NCBI GenBank assembly: GCA_964016885.1
Contig: OZ024758.1
Location: forward strand, 248,001-312,000
Length of the DNA stretch: 64,000 nt
Reading direction: 5' to 3'
Source of the DNA: Eledone cirrhosa
Lineage: Eukaryota
Shown here: positions 21,904 to 37,543 of the stretch, piece after piece
Layout of the letters: the number at the start of each line of letters is the position of its first letter
Numbering within the stretch: the stretch's first letter is position 1
Made by a program: the position numbers and the translations under genes
Notes under the pieces: generated by a model
Database searches by the model: none
What the model was told of the DNA's origin: nothing
What the model saw: only the letters and a program-made list of their open reading frames with translations

Positions 21904-22644
21904 ACTTAGTTCCAGGTCATTAAAATAGAGCAAAGAGGGCGCGGCGATCGGCATATGCACTGGCTACAATGTTGAACTTTGGTACTGACTGCGTAGTTGA
22001 ACGTTCCACATACCAACCGCCCAACTGGCCAGTCAACCGCATATGCGGCTGGCTGGCCGGTTGGGTAGTTGGCATATGTACTGGCTACCATGCTGAACAT
22101 TGTACTGACTGTCAAGTTGAACGTTCTAACCCTCTCTTTACATCTATTACTCTATCTACCGCTTATTTCTCCCCCTCTCTTTACTTCTATAACTCTATCT
22201 CCCACTCTCTTTACATCTATTACAGTGTCTCCCTGTATATATACACGTATATATGCACTAGATTTTATAAGAAATCTACGTAATAATATAATTAACAATA
22301 GTTGATGAATTAGACCAGAGTTAATTAAACAATAAATATGAATGAAATAGCAGTAGATGGCGAAACTTGAGTGTTGTGTGTGCATACATATATATGAGGT
22401 AAACTGGTTCAAATACTGTCAAGATTATATTGGATCAAAGACTGTATTAAATAGAAAGTAAAAAATGAAGTGAAAATATAAAAACAAACTGAAAATTTCC
22501 CCATCCCTAGAAAAATTCATATCTTGTTATATATAGATAATTGGCGCTTTAAATTGAATAAATATTCATTTATATATATATATATATGTATATATATATG
22601 TACACTGATATATATGTGTGTATATATATATGTGTATATATATA

Positions 22645-22705
<61 letters not shown>

Positions 22706-23729
22706 ACTTCATCATACGTCCGCTTTTCCATGCTTGCAAGGGTGGGGTGGGAGCTGATTCTGGATTGGTTTCTACAGCTGGGTGCCCTTCCCGACGCCAA
22801 CCCCGTTTGCAGTGAGTGCTGGGTGCTTTTTTTTTTCCGTGGCACCTCCACGTCAGCTTTACAGTGTGGGCTGGGTGCTTTTTTGCCGCGGCGCCTCCAC
22901 GACCACTTTGCGGTGGGGTGGTGGGGTGGTATGTGTATACCCAGCCCATTGTCATTTGCCACACAGAAAAGCTTATAGCATCGTTCTTTACCCACGATGA
23001 ATCTAGCAGACCCACCCCTCCACCTGGTCTCTTGAATACAACAAACATCGACCTCCTTACGTTCAAGCATTTCTACAACCTCGTTAGAGCCACCCTATAA
23101 GGTGCCTACATTAATGGTACCAACTCTGAAGTTTTGGATTGCGTTTGGAGGTTGGGAGCGGTGGGGAGCGGGGATGGGGTTAGGGTTAGCCATCCGCGGC
23201 CGAAACAAAGAGGAGGAGCCCTTGCATTCTCGTCCATGAGGTGGATTTGTCTTTATGTATGTATATGTATATATGTATGTATGTGTGTGTATGTATGTAT
23301 ATGTATATATGAGTGTATATGTGTATATGTATGTATATGTATGTGTATATATGTGTATATGTATGTGTTTGTATATATGTGTGTGTATGTATATATGTGT
23401 GTGTATGTATATATATATATGTATGTATGTGTATATGTATGTATATGTATGTATGTGTATATGTATATATGTGTGTATGTATGTATATATGTATGTATGT
23501 GTATATATGTATGTATGTATATGTATATATACGTGTGTATATGTATATATACTTATGTGTATATGCTTATGTATGTGTATGTATGTATATTTATATTATG
23601 TATATATATATATCTATGTATGTATATGTATGTATATGTGTATGTATGTGTATGTATGTATGTGTATATATGTATGTATGTATATATATATGTATGTATA
23701 TGTATGTGTATGTATATGTATATGTATAT

Positions 23730-24086
23730 GGAGGCACATGGCTTAGTGGTTCGAGCATTGGCCTGGCAATCGAAAAGTTGTGAGTTCAATTCTCAGACCG
23801 GGTGATGTGTTGTTTCCTTGAGCAAGACACTTTATTTCACATTGCTCCAGTTTACTCAGCTGTAGAAATGAGATGATAGGGACTGGGGTCCATATCATTC
23901 CACTGCAAAGTGGTCGTGGAGGTGCCACGGCAAAAAAGCACTCAGCACTCACTGTAAATGAGGTTGGTGTTAGGAAGGGCATCCAGCTGTAGAAATCAAG
24001 CCAGAATCAGTTCCCGTCCCACCCTTACAAGCAGGGAAAAAGCGGACTTAAAACGAAATGATGATGATGATGATGATGATGATGAT
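23730..24086 (+). mobile_element. CORE-type tRNA SINE with RTE tail, copy 2
   Basis: Near-identical to 8026-8380. Confidence 0.85.
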
Positions 24087-24732
24087 GTATGTATGTATGT
24101 GTATATGTATGTATGTATGTATGTATATGTATGTATGTGTATGAGATGCAGTTTGGTTTTGTGCCGCTGAAAAGTGCAACAGATGCCCTCTTCTTAGTGA
24201 GACAACTACAAAAGAGGTTCTTAGAGAAAAATAAGCCACTATACTTAGCTTTGGACATAGAGAAGGCTTTTGATAGAGAACTCTTATAAATGACAACATA
24301 TATATATGTGTGTGTATATATATGTTTTTTTTTAAACTATATATTTATTACTCCCTTAAGCAGAAGAAATATATTCCCAGATATCGAAGATTACCACAAT
24401 AACTAGGGAGCGGAAATCAATAGATGCTGGACATTGCTGCTGAGGGTAGGATGACCTGATGAGCTGGCTCCTGTGGTGGATACCTAAACATAGTAAGAGC
24501 CAAGTGGGATGACTGAGGTTCACCTACATACATCAGATGTCTCTGGATCTCCAGCTGGAGATTAATGATCTCAGGAATGCCATGAAAAATCGTGACATCT
24601 AAAAAAGAAGAGTAGAATTGTTCTGGCCAATCCACCTGACCTAATAAACAATAATAATATTAATATATATTGATGAAAATTAATTATGGTGAAATATCTT
24701 AGAAATCATTCTCAGAGGTTTTGTATTGTAAT

Positions 24733-26710
24733 CCACACTTGCTCCTTGTGGCTTCTGATGCAGACATCATGTCCGCCATCAGGTCCTTCCCAGCTAGCAG
24801 CTGCGGAGATGTTGATGGTCTCTGACCAGGCCTCCTCAAGGAGTTGATATCTCCCCTCTCCGCTGAGGCCGGGCGCCGCCTTCTGAGTGCAATTGTGGCG
24901 CTCACCAATAGGCTCATCCATGGCGCCCTGGACTCTTATGCTCGAGGCCTCTTTTTTTCGGCCAGCCTCACCGCTCTCCGGAAGAAAGAGGATGGCATAC
25001 GCCCCATTGCTGTGGGCAATGTCTTCCGGAGGCTGGCTGCCAAGGTAATCTGCAAGTCCGTAACACTCGGAACCGGCATCCAGGGCCTCCAGCCACCTCA
25101 TTGTCAAGTTTGACATGAGGAATGCCTTCAACTCTTTACGCTGGGATCATCTGCTCGAGGCCTGCCTCAGCCGAGCCCCCTCTGCCTACCTGTCATATGG
25201 AGCCCCAAGCATGCGCCATGCTGCTGATACGGTCATACCCTTGGCTACTGGGATCCAACAGGGCAACCCTTTGGGACCCCTCCTGTTCACCCTTGGTATT
25301 GACCACATCGCCTGGAGTATAACGGCCCCTCTCAACGTTTGGTATCTGGATGATGCTACTTTGGGTGGGCCCGTACAGGCGGTCTGCCATGACCTTCAAT
25401 CGGTGGTTCCTGCCCTGGCGGGAATCGACCTCCAGGTCAACTCAGCCAAGTCGGAGGTGGTGAATGTCAGCCTCGATGCTGCAAGCTTTGCAGTCTCCGT
25501 CTTGGACGTGCGGTCCATTCTCCGCCAGGTTCAGGTGACCCCCCAAAGAGGATGCCCTCACCGATCCACCCGCCGGCCATCCGCTCCTCCATCAAGTCCA
25601 GACTCTCACGAGCCGACTGGGCTTGATTGATGGCCACCCAGTTCTCTTTCTGCTGAGGAACTGCTACGCCATGCCGAAGCTCCTCTATACACTCTGTGCT
25701 ACACCTAAACTTGTATCCGAGCAGCAGCCGATGAGATATGCAACTTTACCTGTCAGGTATGGCGGCCTTCGCCTCCAGTCCCCGATCTCACTAGCTTTGC
25801 CGGCATATCTTTCGTCGGTAACCTCGTACCACGTCCTCTTCAGCAGAGTTCTTCAAAACACAACAGAACCCTCTGTGTTCAGAGAACGCGTGGCCGCCTG
25901 TGAGACGTGGCACCGGCTGGGACTTAGCCCAGTAGACGTTCCTCCTCCTTCTCCCCCTGTTGACGTCAAGTCCCCCCCAACACACTTGGGATGCCATCCA
26001 GTGCAGCCTGGCCTCAGACAGGCTCACGTGCCAGCTCGACCAGCACCGCCTTGTTTGTTTTCGTGCAGCCTCCAAACCCCACAGTGGGGCCTGGCTCCAT
26101 GCCCTGCCCTCCTTCTCCACTCGCACGCAGCTAGACAACAATAGCTTGCGCATCGGCGTTTCCCTGAGGCTCGGCCTCACACCAATGTCGCTGCCGTTCC
26201 ACCATGGACTCTTTCGGCCTCCACCCGCAATCCACGCCATGCTGCCCTCAACGAAGTCATTAAGCATGGCTTGGACGCTGCAGGCTTCCCTTCCCAGCTC
26301 GAGGGGACGGCAAAAGGCTAGATGGCATGACCATCTTCCCGTTCCGCGGTGGCAAACCCCTCGTCTGGGATGCCACTTGCACCGACACTTTCTGCAGCCG
26401 CAACCTGGTGCAGTCTGCGACTGGCCCAGGTTCTGCTGCACGTCAGGCTGAGGGGGCCAAACTCCTCACATATCGTTCACTCTCCGACAGGTTTGCGGTC
26501 GTACCCCTGGAAGTGGAGACTTCTGGTGTCCTCGGCCCCAGGGCTACCTCCTTACTCACCACCATAGGCGCTGAGCTGGCCAGCCGCAGGTGTGAGCCCC
26601 GCGAGTTGGAGTGGCTTTTCCAGCGCGTCTCCCTTGCCGTGCTCCGGGGAAACGCCTTCTCCATTCTGTCCGCCGGGGCTGTGGGTGGGTCCCATCGCGT
26701 ACCGTTATGA
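24733..26710 (+). mobile_element. CRE-clade retrotransposon, copy 4
   Basis: Homologous ORFs at 24844, 25115, 25623 and 26327. Confidence 0.88.
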
Positions 26711-27691
26711 ATGTATACAAAACAACTAAATCTCTTAAATAACTTCACTTATATCCAAAACATGATTTGTATATACATCAACAGTGACTCATTATTATAC
26801 GCCAGTCACGACCCCACTGCAAAAACGATATCTATATAACAACCCCACCGTAAAACTACTCTTCCCCACTTTACAAACACTTTATATTATTTGTCATTAA
26901 GGTTTCTTAAAATAAATATATATACGTATGTGTAGTAATTAGTACGGAGACTGAGAGAGAAGGGGCGAGTGTGTCTTCATGGAGGGCACATGGGACCAGC
27001 AAAGCCCTAAAAGTAGAGACCAGTAAATGAGATAAGGTCCTAGCTATGTTAAGAATATAAATAAGAAACATGTTCTATACATTTAAGAAGACAAGAGAAA
27101 CATGTTCTAAACATTTAAGAAATAATTATTTACCTCTTTCATGTCGGTAATATAGCGGTGTTATAAAACTAATTATAACGACCGGTGTTAAAATAGAGAG
27201 AGATAGACAGATAAATGTGTGTCACACTCTCACCCTCTCTTTAAATCTTTTACACTATCTTTACATCTTTTACTCTATCTCCCTCTTATTTCTATCTGTG
27301 TACATATATATGTGTATGTATGTATCTGTCTATGTGTAACTCGGTGTACTGGAGCAATATGAGGTGAAGTGTCTTGCTCAAGAAGACATTTTGTGGAGTT
27401 ATATCATCGTTTCTTGTTATAAAGCTACTTATATTACCGGCGTAACAGTGGCTATAGGTGATAGATGTAGAAATAAAAGGCTGTAACAGCGATATAAATA
27501 TAGATGAAATAGTTTACCACGAGACTAAGAATGAATGTTTAATGGAATTAAGTGTAATCTAATAGGAAATAAGAGGCTAGAGCAGCGAAATGTTTACGTA
27601 AAATAAAAGAACAACAAACAAGAGTGCAACATTGAAATTTTTGTTTTATTTTATCGATATAAGCGTTATTTTATGCGCGATTTGCCTTGCT

Positions 27692-27804
27692 GCCGGCGTT
27701 GATTAGTCAGTAGCAGCCCCGCTTACGAAGTTCAGGAGCCAACGACTTTACACGGTTCGAATCTCACCCTCTCCGCTCTTGTCGAGTTATCTCCTACTCT
27801 TTTT
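27692..27804 (+). ncRNA. Candidate Pol III tRNA-like unit, type 2, copy 4; hairpin 27909-27980
   Basis: Same layout; A-box variant TTGATTAGTCAG. Confidence 0.4.
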
Positions 27805-28433
27805 ACTTAGTTCCAGGTCATTAAAATAGAGCAAAGAGGGCGCGGCGATCGGCATATGCACTGGCTACAATGTTGAACTTTGGTACTGACTGCATAGTTG
27901 AACGTTCCACATACCAACCGCCCAACTGGCCAGTCAACCGCAAATACGGCTGGCTGGCCGGTTGGGTAGTTGGCATATGTACTGACTGTCAAGTTGAACG
28001 TTCTAACCCTCTCTTTACATCTATTGCTCTATCTACCCCTCTCTTTACTTCTATAACTCTATCTCCCACTCTCTTTACATCTATTACACAGTGTCTCCCT
28101 GTATATATACACGTATATATGCACTAGATTTTATAAGAAATCTACGTAATAATATAATTAACAATAGTTGATGAATTAGACCAGAGTTAATTAAACAATA
28201 AATATGAATGAAATAGCAGTAGATGGCGAAACTTGAGTGTTGTGTGTGCATACATATATATGAGGTAAATTGGTTCAAATACTGTCAGGATTATATTGGA
28301 TCAAAGACTGTATTAAATAGAAAGTAAAAAATGAAGTGAAAATATAAAAACAAACTGAAAATTTCCCCATCCCTAGAAAAATTCATATCTTGTTATATAT
28401 AGATAATTGGCGCTTTAAATTGAATAAATATTC

Positions 28434-28477
<44 letters not shown>

Positions 28478-28918
28478 GTACACTGATATATATGTGTGTG
28501 TATATATATATATATATGTATGTGTATATGTGTACATATGTATGTGTATATATATACTAATATATATATATATATATCAACTTCATCATACGTCCGCTTT
28601 TCCATGCTTGCAAGGGTGGGGTGGGAGCTGATTCTGGATTGGTTTCTACAGCTGGGTGCCCTTCCTGACGCCAACCCAGTTTGCAGTGAGTGCTGGGTGC
28701 TTTTTTTTTTTCCGTGGCACCTCCACGTCAGCTTTACAGAGCGGGCTGGGTGCTTTTTTGCCGTGGCGCCTCCACGACCACTTTACGGTGGGGTGGTGGG
28801 GTGGTATGTGTATACCCAGCCCATTGTCATTTCCCACCCAGAAAAGTTCATAGCACCGTTCTTTACCCACGATGAATCTAGCAGACCCACCCCTCCACCT
28901 GGTCTCTTGAATACAACA

Positions 28919-30070
28919 GTGGTTTCACTAAAATAAAAATTAAATTAAATTAAATTAAATTAATTATATTAGATAAATAGACATTGGGGTTCTCACCAAA
29001 GGTTTTCAGTTATTTCTAAGAGATGTAAAAGGAAAATTAAAAAAAGATTAATAGGACACATTAGACATGTCTCCAAGCAAGAATTGAACTTACAGACAAG
29101 GATCTCACCATCTCTGGTACTTCCCACTAAGCCACCAAGACTGCTACAAAGGTCTATTGAAAATTAATATTTATAAACCTACTTTCAAAATATAACTAAT
29201 TTAATTAAAAATAAAATAAAATAAATAGACATTGGCGTTCTCACAAAACTTTTTCAGTTCTTTTTTCTAAGAAATGTCAAAGGAATATATATATATATAT
29301 ATTTTATTTTTAATTTTATTTTGAAAGTAGGTTTATAAATATTAAATTTCAGTACATCTTTGTATCAGTCTCGGTAGCTTAGTGGGAAGTACCAGAGATG
29401 GTGAGATCCTGTTCTGGGTGTTCAATCCTGGTCTGAGGGTTGAATTGGGGACTCGGGTTCAATCCTGGTCCATGAGATACATGTAAGGTGTCATGTTAAT
29501 CTTTTATAATTTTCTTTCTATATCTCTTTGAAAAAGAGAACCCCTATTTATTTAATTATATTGAATTTAATTTTTTATTTTAGTTAAATTGTCGAAAACA
29601 CTGAAGATCTAAAGGTTGAGGAGACAATATGTCTATTTTATCTGTCTCCTCTAACTTTAGATCACCAGTGGTTTTGACAATTTAACTAAAGTAAAATAAA
29701 ATAAAATAAATTAAATTATATTAGATAAATAGACATTGGGGTTCTCACCAAAGATTTTCAGTTTTTTCTGAGGAAAATTTAAAAAAAGATTAACAGGACA
29801 CATTACAGCAATGATTGAACTCCCAGACCAGGATTGAACCTACAGACAAGGACCTCACCATCTCTGGTACTTCCCACTAAGCCGCCAAGACTGCTACAAC
29901 GGTCTGCTGATAATTAATATTTATAAACCTAATTTCAAAATAAAATTAATGTTATTAATTTTATTTAAAAATAAAATAAAATAAATAAACATTGGGGTTC
30001 TCACAAAACTTTTTCATTTTTTTTCTAAGAAATGTCAAAGGAATATATATATATATATATATATATATAT
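28919..30070. mobile_element. Palindromic A/B-box element, copy 2
   Basis: Matches 13279-14430 at +15640. Confidence 0.7.
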
Positions 30071-31995
30071 CATCATCATCATCATCATCATCGTTTAACG
30101 TCCATATTCCACGCTTGCATGGGTTTGGACGGGAATTTTCCCACTTGAGGCAAGAGTGGTTGTCTTGCTCGCATAGGACTGTCTGGCGGGTTTTCTACAG
30201 CTGGATGCCCTTCCTAACACCAACCGCATTTACAGTGTGGGACTGGGAGGTTTTTACCGTGTTACCTACACGGCCACATTACTGCGTGGACTGTGTTTTT
30301 TTTTTTTGTCGTGACACCTACACGCCCTCATTTGTTTCGGCCTGGATGTTGTGGCACCAACATAACTTTACATTGAAAGGGGCGGTGTGGATGGGGTGGG
30401 GGTGTATTTTGTTAGAGGTGCCTACTGACTGTAGTAGGTTTTACTTTGTATCTAGGTAAGGCGGGTCTTCTCTATTACTGAGTACCGCCAAAGATCTCGG
30501 TCCAGTGACATTGTCTTGGAGAGGTGTAAGTGTGTGAGGTCGGAATTTATCAAGTCGTCCCAGGTTTTTCTGGGTCTGCCTACTCCGTGGCTACCGTCTA
30601 TCTTTATTGCCCTGCATTTTTTTTATACAGCTGTCGTCTTTCATCCGCATCACGTGGACCATACCAACGTAGTCTTCTCTCGAGTACACAACATCTGATC
30701 CCTCTTATTTCTAATTTTTCCCTTAGTTCGTTTATGCTTTGCCGTTCACATATATTACTATTACACATCCAGCGAAGCATGCAAGCTTCGTTCCTCTCTA
30801 GTCTGCGTATATCCTCTGCACACAATGCCCAGGTCTCACTGCCATGCAACATTGCTGTTCATATGCAGGCATCATACAACCTGCCTTTCATTTTTAGGGA
30901 GAACCCTTTAGCGGCTAATAGTGGTATAAGCTCTCTGAACTTTTTCCATCCAGTTCTGACTCTAGCTACTGTACTTTCAGAGCACCCTCCCCCACTGCTG
31001 ATTTTGTCACCCAGGTAACGGAAGCTGTCCACTATTTCTATAGAACCCTCTGCGCAATTGAAAGAGCTAGTATTTTGTGGGCACTTGCTGCTACTTATTG
31101 CACCAGAGCACCGGCCACATGTAAAATCTATGTTCTTAGTTAGCTTACCTGTGATCCCACTACATCTTTTATGAACCCATACTTTGCATTTGGGACATAA
31201 AATGGAGTTTCTACCTACGCCTTTCCTACACACTGAGCATGGCCATTTCCCGGAAGGGACCGGCGCCTTATTTTCTTTCCTACAAACTAGAACTTTAGTC
31301 TTAGCCAGGTTAATTTTAAGGCCTTCTGATTCTAGGCCTTGCTTCCATGTTTGGAATTTCTTCTCTAGCTCGGCCATTGATTCAGCTATGAGCGTTAGAT
31401 CATCTGCGTATAGGAGTTCCCATGGGCAGCCGGTCTTGAACTCCACTGTTATAGCCTGAAGGGCAATAATAAATAGTAGGGGGCTAAGGACGGAGCCCTG
31501 ATGAACACCAACTTTTACGCTAAACTCTTCACTATATTCGTTGTTAATTCTAACCTTGCTGACTGTTTCTTTATACATGGCTCGTATAGCTCTCACAAGC
31601 CATTCCTCAACACCTAGTTTTCTAAGAGCCCACCAGATAATGGAACGGGGGACTCTGTCGAAGGCTTTCTCCAAGTCAACAAAAGCTAAGTATAGGGGTT
31701 TACTTTTAACTAGGTACTTCTCCTGTAGTTGTCGTACAATGAAAAGAGCGTCTGTGGTACTTTTACCTGACACAAACCCGAACTGCATTTCATCTAGATC
31801 AATTCTCTCTCTGATTAGTTGCGCTATTACTTTTTCCGTGACCTTCATGACCTGGTCGATTAATTTAATGCCTCTATAGTTACTCCTATCTAGGGCATCT
31901 CCTTTACCCTTGTAACAGTTAATGATGATGCTGCTACGCCAGTCCTTCAGAACAACCCCATTCTGTATGACTTGGTTTACTATCCGGGTGACCAT
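30071..31995 (-). mobile_element. RTE LINE (RT + PHD), 5'-truncated, copy
   Basis: ORF 30859-32115 has the same protein as 15219-16475. Confidence 0.95.
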
Positions 31996-34457
31996 TACGT
32001 GTATACATCTGAAAATGTATATATGTATGCAAAGATATAAGTAAACATACATGTATACATATAGATGGACAGTTATGCATATACAATAACTTATTTCTAT
32101 ACATACATATACCACAAGTAAGGCATGGTGCTGCCAACTAACCAGACCTCCCTCATAATGGACCAGCTAGATCCCAAAATACAGGCCTGCTTGCCAACAC
32201 ACAGTCCCAATAAGTGTAAGTTACAGCGCAGCTATCTGGACAGACTTGTCTTAAGACTACACACTATCCCACTACATCTTTTGTATACTATATATATACT
32301 GTTTATATATATATATACTATATATATATATACTGTTTATATATATATACACACATATAATTGTGTATTCACACATTATCTTAGTAATGAAATAATTAAT
32401 AATTTTAGTAAATTGTTCAAAATTCTTCATTAACCCTTTTGGTAGAAACCCAGCCAAAATTAGTTCTCGTACTATGGAAATGGTTCCTATCTAAATTAAA
32501 GTCTTCCAACAAAATTCTATATAACAACCATATGGTAAGTTACTATGTTAGTAATTAACTAACAATTGTGATAAATAGCTCAAAATTATTCATAATTAAT
32601 TGAATTATAAGGTTCATAATTATAATAAAATCTTCAAATAGGCTACGAAACCGGTAAACCTGAAAGGTACACAACACACACACATTGCTATAGCGTTTCA
32701 CCAGCCCCTTCATTCCTGAATTATTACAGAGATGTGTGTGTATGTAATAATTATTTGTATAATGTGTGTCTATTTATGAATATGTATGAGTAGATGTGTG
32801 TGTGTGTATCACAGTAGATGTGTATGTAACACAGTAGATGTGTATATGTAACAGAGTAGATGTGTGTTTGCATGTAACTCAGTATATGTGTATGTAACTC
32901 AGTAGATGTGTGTGTGTAACACGGTAGATGTGTGTGTGTAACACGGTAGATGTGTGTGTGTAACACGGTAGATGTGTGTGTGTAACACGGTAGATGTGTG
33001 TATGTAACAGTAGATGTGTATGTATGTAACACAGTAGATGTGTATGTATGTAACACAGTAGATGTGTGTATGTAACACAGTACATGTGTGTGTATGTAAC
33101 TCAGTAGATGTGTGTGTATGTAACTCAGTAGATGTGTGTATGTAACACAGTAGATTGTGTGTATGTAACATAGAAGATGTGTGTAACACAGTAGATGTGT
33201 GTGTATGTAACACAGTAGATCTGTGTGTATGTAACTCAGTAGATGTGTGTGTATGTAACACAGGTGTGTGTATGTAACACAGTAGATGTGTGTATGTAAC
33301 ATAGTAGATGTGTGTATGTAACACAGAAGATGTGTGTGTATGTAACACAGTAGATGTGTGTGTATGTAACTCAGTAGATGTGTGTGTATGTAACACAGTA
33401 GATGTGTGTGTAACACAGTAGATGTGTATGTAACGCAGTAGATGTGTGTGTATATAACCCAGTTGATGTGTGTGTATGTAACACAGTAGATGTGTGTATG
33501 TAACATAGTATATGTGTATGTAACTAAAGTGTAACGTACGTTACAAATGGACGACAAAATGATTTTAACTTGTTTTTTAACAATTGATGGTGGAAAAGAT
33601 TTTAAATTGTCTTAACTCAGACCATAAAGGGCCGCAACACATGGAGTCTGACACTCTTACCGGCTACATAGCCTGGGCGTCTATTTTACCGCGACCGGCT
33701 ACATAGCATCTTCCTAAAATCTTCCAACATAATTTTATACAAGAACCACATGTTAAGTTACTAATAAAATAATTAATAAATAAAAACATTAGTAAGTCCT
33801 TCAAATGATATCTCAGTAATGAAATAATTAATAATTGTTATAAATACCTCAAAATTCCTCATTAATTAAACCTCATTAATTAATTAAGCCGCTGAAAAGT
33901 GCAACAGATGCCCTCTTCTTAGTGAGACAACTACAAAAGAGGTTCTTAGAGAAAAATAAGCCACTATACTTAGCTTTGGACATAGAGAAGGCTTTTGATA
34001 GAGAACTCTTATAAATGACAACATATATATATGTGTGTGTATATATATGTTTTTTTTAAAACTATATATTTATTACTCCCTTAAGCAGAAGAAATATATT
34101 CCCAGATATCGAAGATTACCACAATAACTAGGGAGCGGAAATCAATAGATGCTGGACATTGCTGCTGAGGGTAGGATGACCTGATGAGCTGGCTCCTGTG
34201 GTGGATACCTAAACATAGTAAGACCCTAGTGGGATGACTGAGGTTCACCTACATACATCAGATGTCTCTGGATCTCCAGCTGGAGATTAATGATCTCAGG
34301 AATGCCATGAAAAATCGTGACATCTAAAAAAGAAGAGTAGAATTGTTCTGGCCAATCCACCTGACCTAATAAACAATAATAATATTAATATATATTGATG
34401 AAAATTAATTATGGTGAAATATCTTAGAAATCATTCTCAGAGGTTTTGTATTGTAAT

Positions 34458-36435
34458 CCACACTTGCTCCTTGTGGCTTCTGATGCAGACATCATGTCCG
34501 CCATCAGGTTCTTCCCAGCTAGCAGCTGCGGAGATGTTGATGGTCTCTGACCAGGCCTCCTCAAGGAGTTGATATCTCCCCTCTCCGCTGAGGCCGGGCG
34601 CCGCCTTCTGAGTGCAATTGTGGCGCTCACCAATAGGCTCATCCATGGCGCCCTGGACTCTTATGCTCGAGGCCTCTTTTTTTCGGCCAGCCTCACCGCT
34701 CTCAGGAAGAAAGAGGATGGCATACGCCCCATTGCTGTGGGCAATGTCTTCCGGAGGCTGGCTGCCAAGGTAATCTGCAAGTCCGTAACACTCGGAACCG
34801 GCATCCAGGGCCTCCAGCCACCTCATTGTCAAGTTTGACATGAGGAATGCCTTCAACTCTTTACGCTGGGATCATCTGCTCGAGGCCTGCCTCAGCCGAG
34901 CCCCCTCTGCCTACCTGTCATATGGAGCCCCAAGCATGCGCCATGCTGCTGATACGGTCATACCCTTGGCTACTGGGATCCAACAGGGCAACCCTTTGGG
35001 ACCCCTCCTGTTCACCCTTGGTATTGACCACATCGCCTGGAGTATAACGGCCCCTCTCAACGTTTGGTATCTGGATGATGCTACTTTGGGTGGGCCCGTA
35101 CAGGCGGTCTGCCATGACCTTCAATCGGTGGTTCCTGCCCTGGCGGGAATCGACCTCCAGGTCAACTCAGCCAAGTCGGAGGTGGTGAATGTCAGCCTCG
35201 ATGCTGCAAGCTTTGCAGTCTCCGTCTTGGACGTGCGGTCCATTCTCCGCCAGGTTCAGGTGACCCCCCAAAGAGGATGCCCTCACCGATCCACCCGCCG
35301 GCCATCCGCTCCTCCATCAAGTCCAGACTCTCACGAGCCGACTGGGCTTGATTGATGGCCACCCAGTTCTCTTTCTGCTGAGGAACTGCTACGCCATGCC
35401 GAAGCTCCTCTATACACTCTGTGCTACACCTAAACTTGTATCCGAGCAGCAGCCGATGAGATATGTAACTTTACCTGTCAGGTATGGCGGCCTTCGCCTC
35501 CAGTCCCCGATCTCACTAGCTTTGCCGGCATATCTTTCGTCGGTAACCTCGTACCACGTCCTCTTCAGCAGGGTTCTTCAAAACACAACAGAACCCTCTG
35601 TGTTCAGAGAACGCCTGGCCGCCTGTGAGACGTGGCACCGGCTGGGACTTAGCCCAGTAGACGTTCCTCCTCCTTCTCCCCCTGTTGACGTCAAGTCCCC
35701 CCCAACACACTTGGGATGCCATCCAGTGCAGCCTGGCCTCAGACAGGCTCACGTGCCAGCTCGACCAGCACCGCCTTGTTTGTTTTCGTGCAGCCTCCAA
35801 ACCCCACAGTGGGGCCTGGCTCCATGCCCTGCCCTCCTTCTCCACTCGCACGCAGCTAGACAACAATAGCTTGCGCATCGGCGTTTCCCTGAGGCTCGGC
35901 CTCACACCAATGTCGCTGCCGTTCCACCATGGACTCTTTCGGCCTCCACCCGCAATCCACGCCATGCTGCCCTCAACGAAGTCATTAAGCATGGCTTGGA
36001 CGCTGCAGGCTTCCCTTCCCAGCTCGAGGGGACGGCAAAAGGCTAGATGGCATGACCATCTTCCCGTTCCGCGGTGGCAAACCCCTTGTCTGGGATGCCA
36101 CTTGCACCGACACTTTCTGCAGCCGCAACCTGGTGCAGTCTGCGACTGGCCCAGGTTCTGCTGCACGTCAGGCTGAGGGGGCCAAACTCCTCACATATCG
36201 TTCACTCTCCGACAGGTTTGCGGTCGTACCCCTGGAAGTGGAGACTTCTGGTGTCCTCGGCCCCAGGGCTACCTCCTTACTCACCACCATAGGCGCTGAG
36301 CTGGCCAGCCGCAGGTGTGAGCCCCGCGAGTTGGAGTGGCTTTTCCAGCGCGTCTCCCTTGCCGTGCTCCGGGGAAACGCCTTCTCCATTCTGTCCGCCG
36401 GGGCTGTGGGTGGGTCCCATCGCGTACCGTTATGA
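34458..36435 (+). mobile_element. CRE-clade retrotransposon, copy 5
   Basis: Homologous ORFs at 34569, 34840, 35348 and 36052. Confidence 0.88.
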
Positions 36436-37430
36436 ATGTATACAAAACAACTAAATCTCTTAAATAACTTCACTTATATCCAAAACATGATTTGTATATA
36501 CATCAACAGTGACTCATTATTATACGCCAGTCACGACCCCACTGCAAAAACGATATCTATATAACAACCCCACCGTAAAACTACTCTTCCCCACTTTACA
36601 AACACTTTATATTATTTGTCATTAAGGTTTCTTAAAATAAATATATATACGTATGTGTAGTAATTAGTACGGAGACTGAGAGAGAAGGGGCGAGTGTGTC
36701 TTCATGGAGGGCACATGGGACCAGCAAAGTCCTAGAAGTAGAGACCAGTAAATGAGATAAGGTCCTAGCTATGTTAAGAATATAAATAAGAAACATGTTC
36801 TATACATTTAAGAAGACAAGAGAAACATGTTCTAAACATTTAAGAAATAATTATTTACCTCTTTCATGTCGGTAATATAGCGGTGTTATAAAACTAATTA
36901 TAACGACCGGTGTTAAAATAGAGAGAGATAGACAGATAAATGTGTGTCACACTCTCACCCTCTCTTTAAATCTTTTACACTATCTAACTCGTACTTCTCA
37001 CACTCTCTTTAAATCTTTTACTCTATCTACCTCTCATTTCTATCTGTGTATGTATGTATGTATCTGTCTATGTGTAACTCGGTGTACTGGAGCAATATGA
37101 AGTGAAGTGTCTTGCTCAAGAAGACATTTTGTGGAGTTATATCATCGTTTCTTGTTATAAAGCTACTTATACTACCGGCGTAACAGTGGCTATAGGTGAT
37201 AGATGTAGAAATAAAAGGCTGTAACAGCGATATAAATATAGATGAAATAGTTTACCACGAGACTAAGAATGAATGTTTAATGGAATTAAGTGTAATCTAA
37301 TAGGAAATAAGAGGCTAGAGCAGCGAAATGTTTACGTAAAATAAAAGAACAACAAACAAGAGTGCAACATTGAAATTTTTTTTTTTTTTTTGTCGATATA
37401 AGCGTTATTTTATGCGCGATTTGCCTTGCT

Positions 37431-37543
37431 GCCGGCGCTGCTCAGTCAGTAGCAGCCCCGCTTACGAACTTCAGGAGCCAACGACTTTACATGGTTCGAA
37501 TCTCACCCTCTCCGCTCTTGTCGAGTTATCTCCTACTCTTTTT
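37431..37543 (+). ncRNA. Candidate Pol III tRNA-like unit, type 1, copy 5; hairpin 37648-37719
   Basis: Same layout as copy 1. Confidence 0.5.
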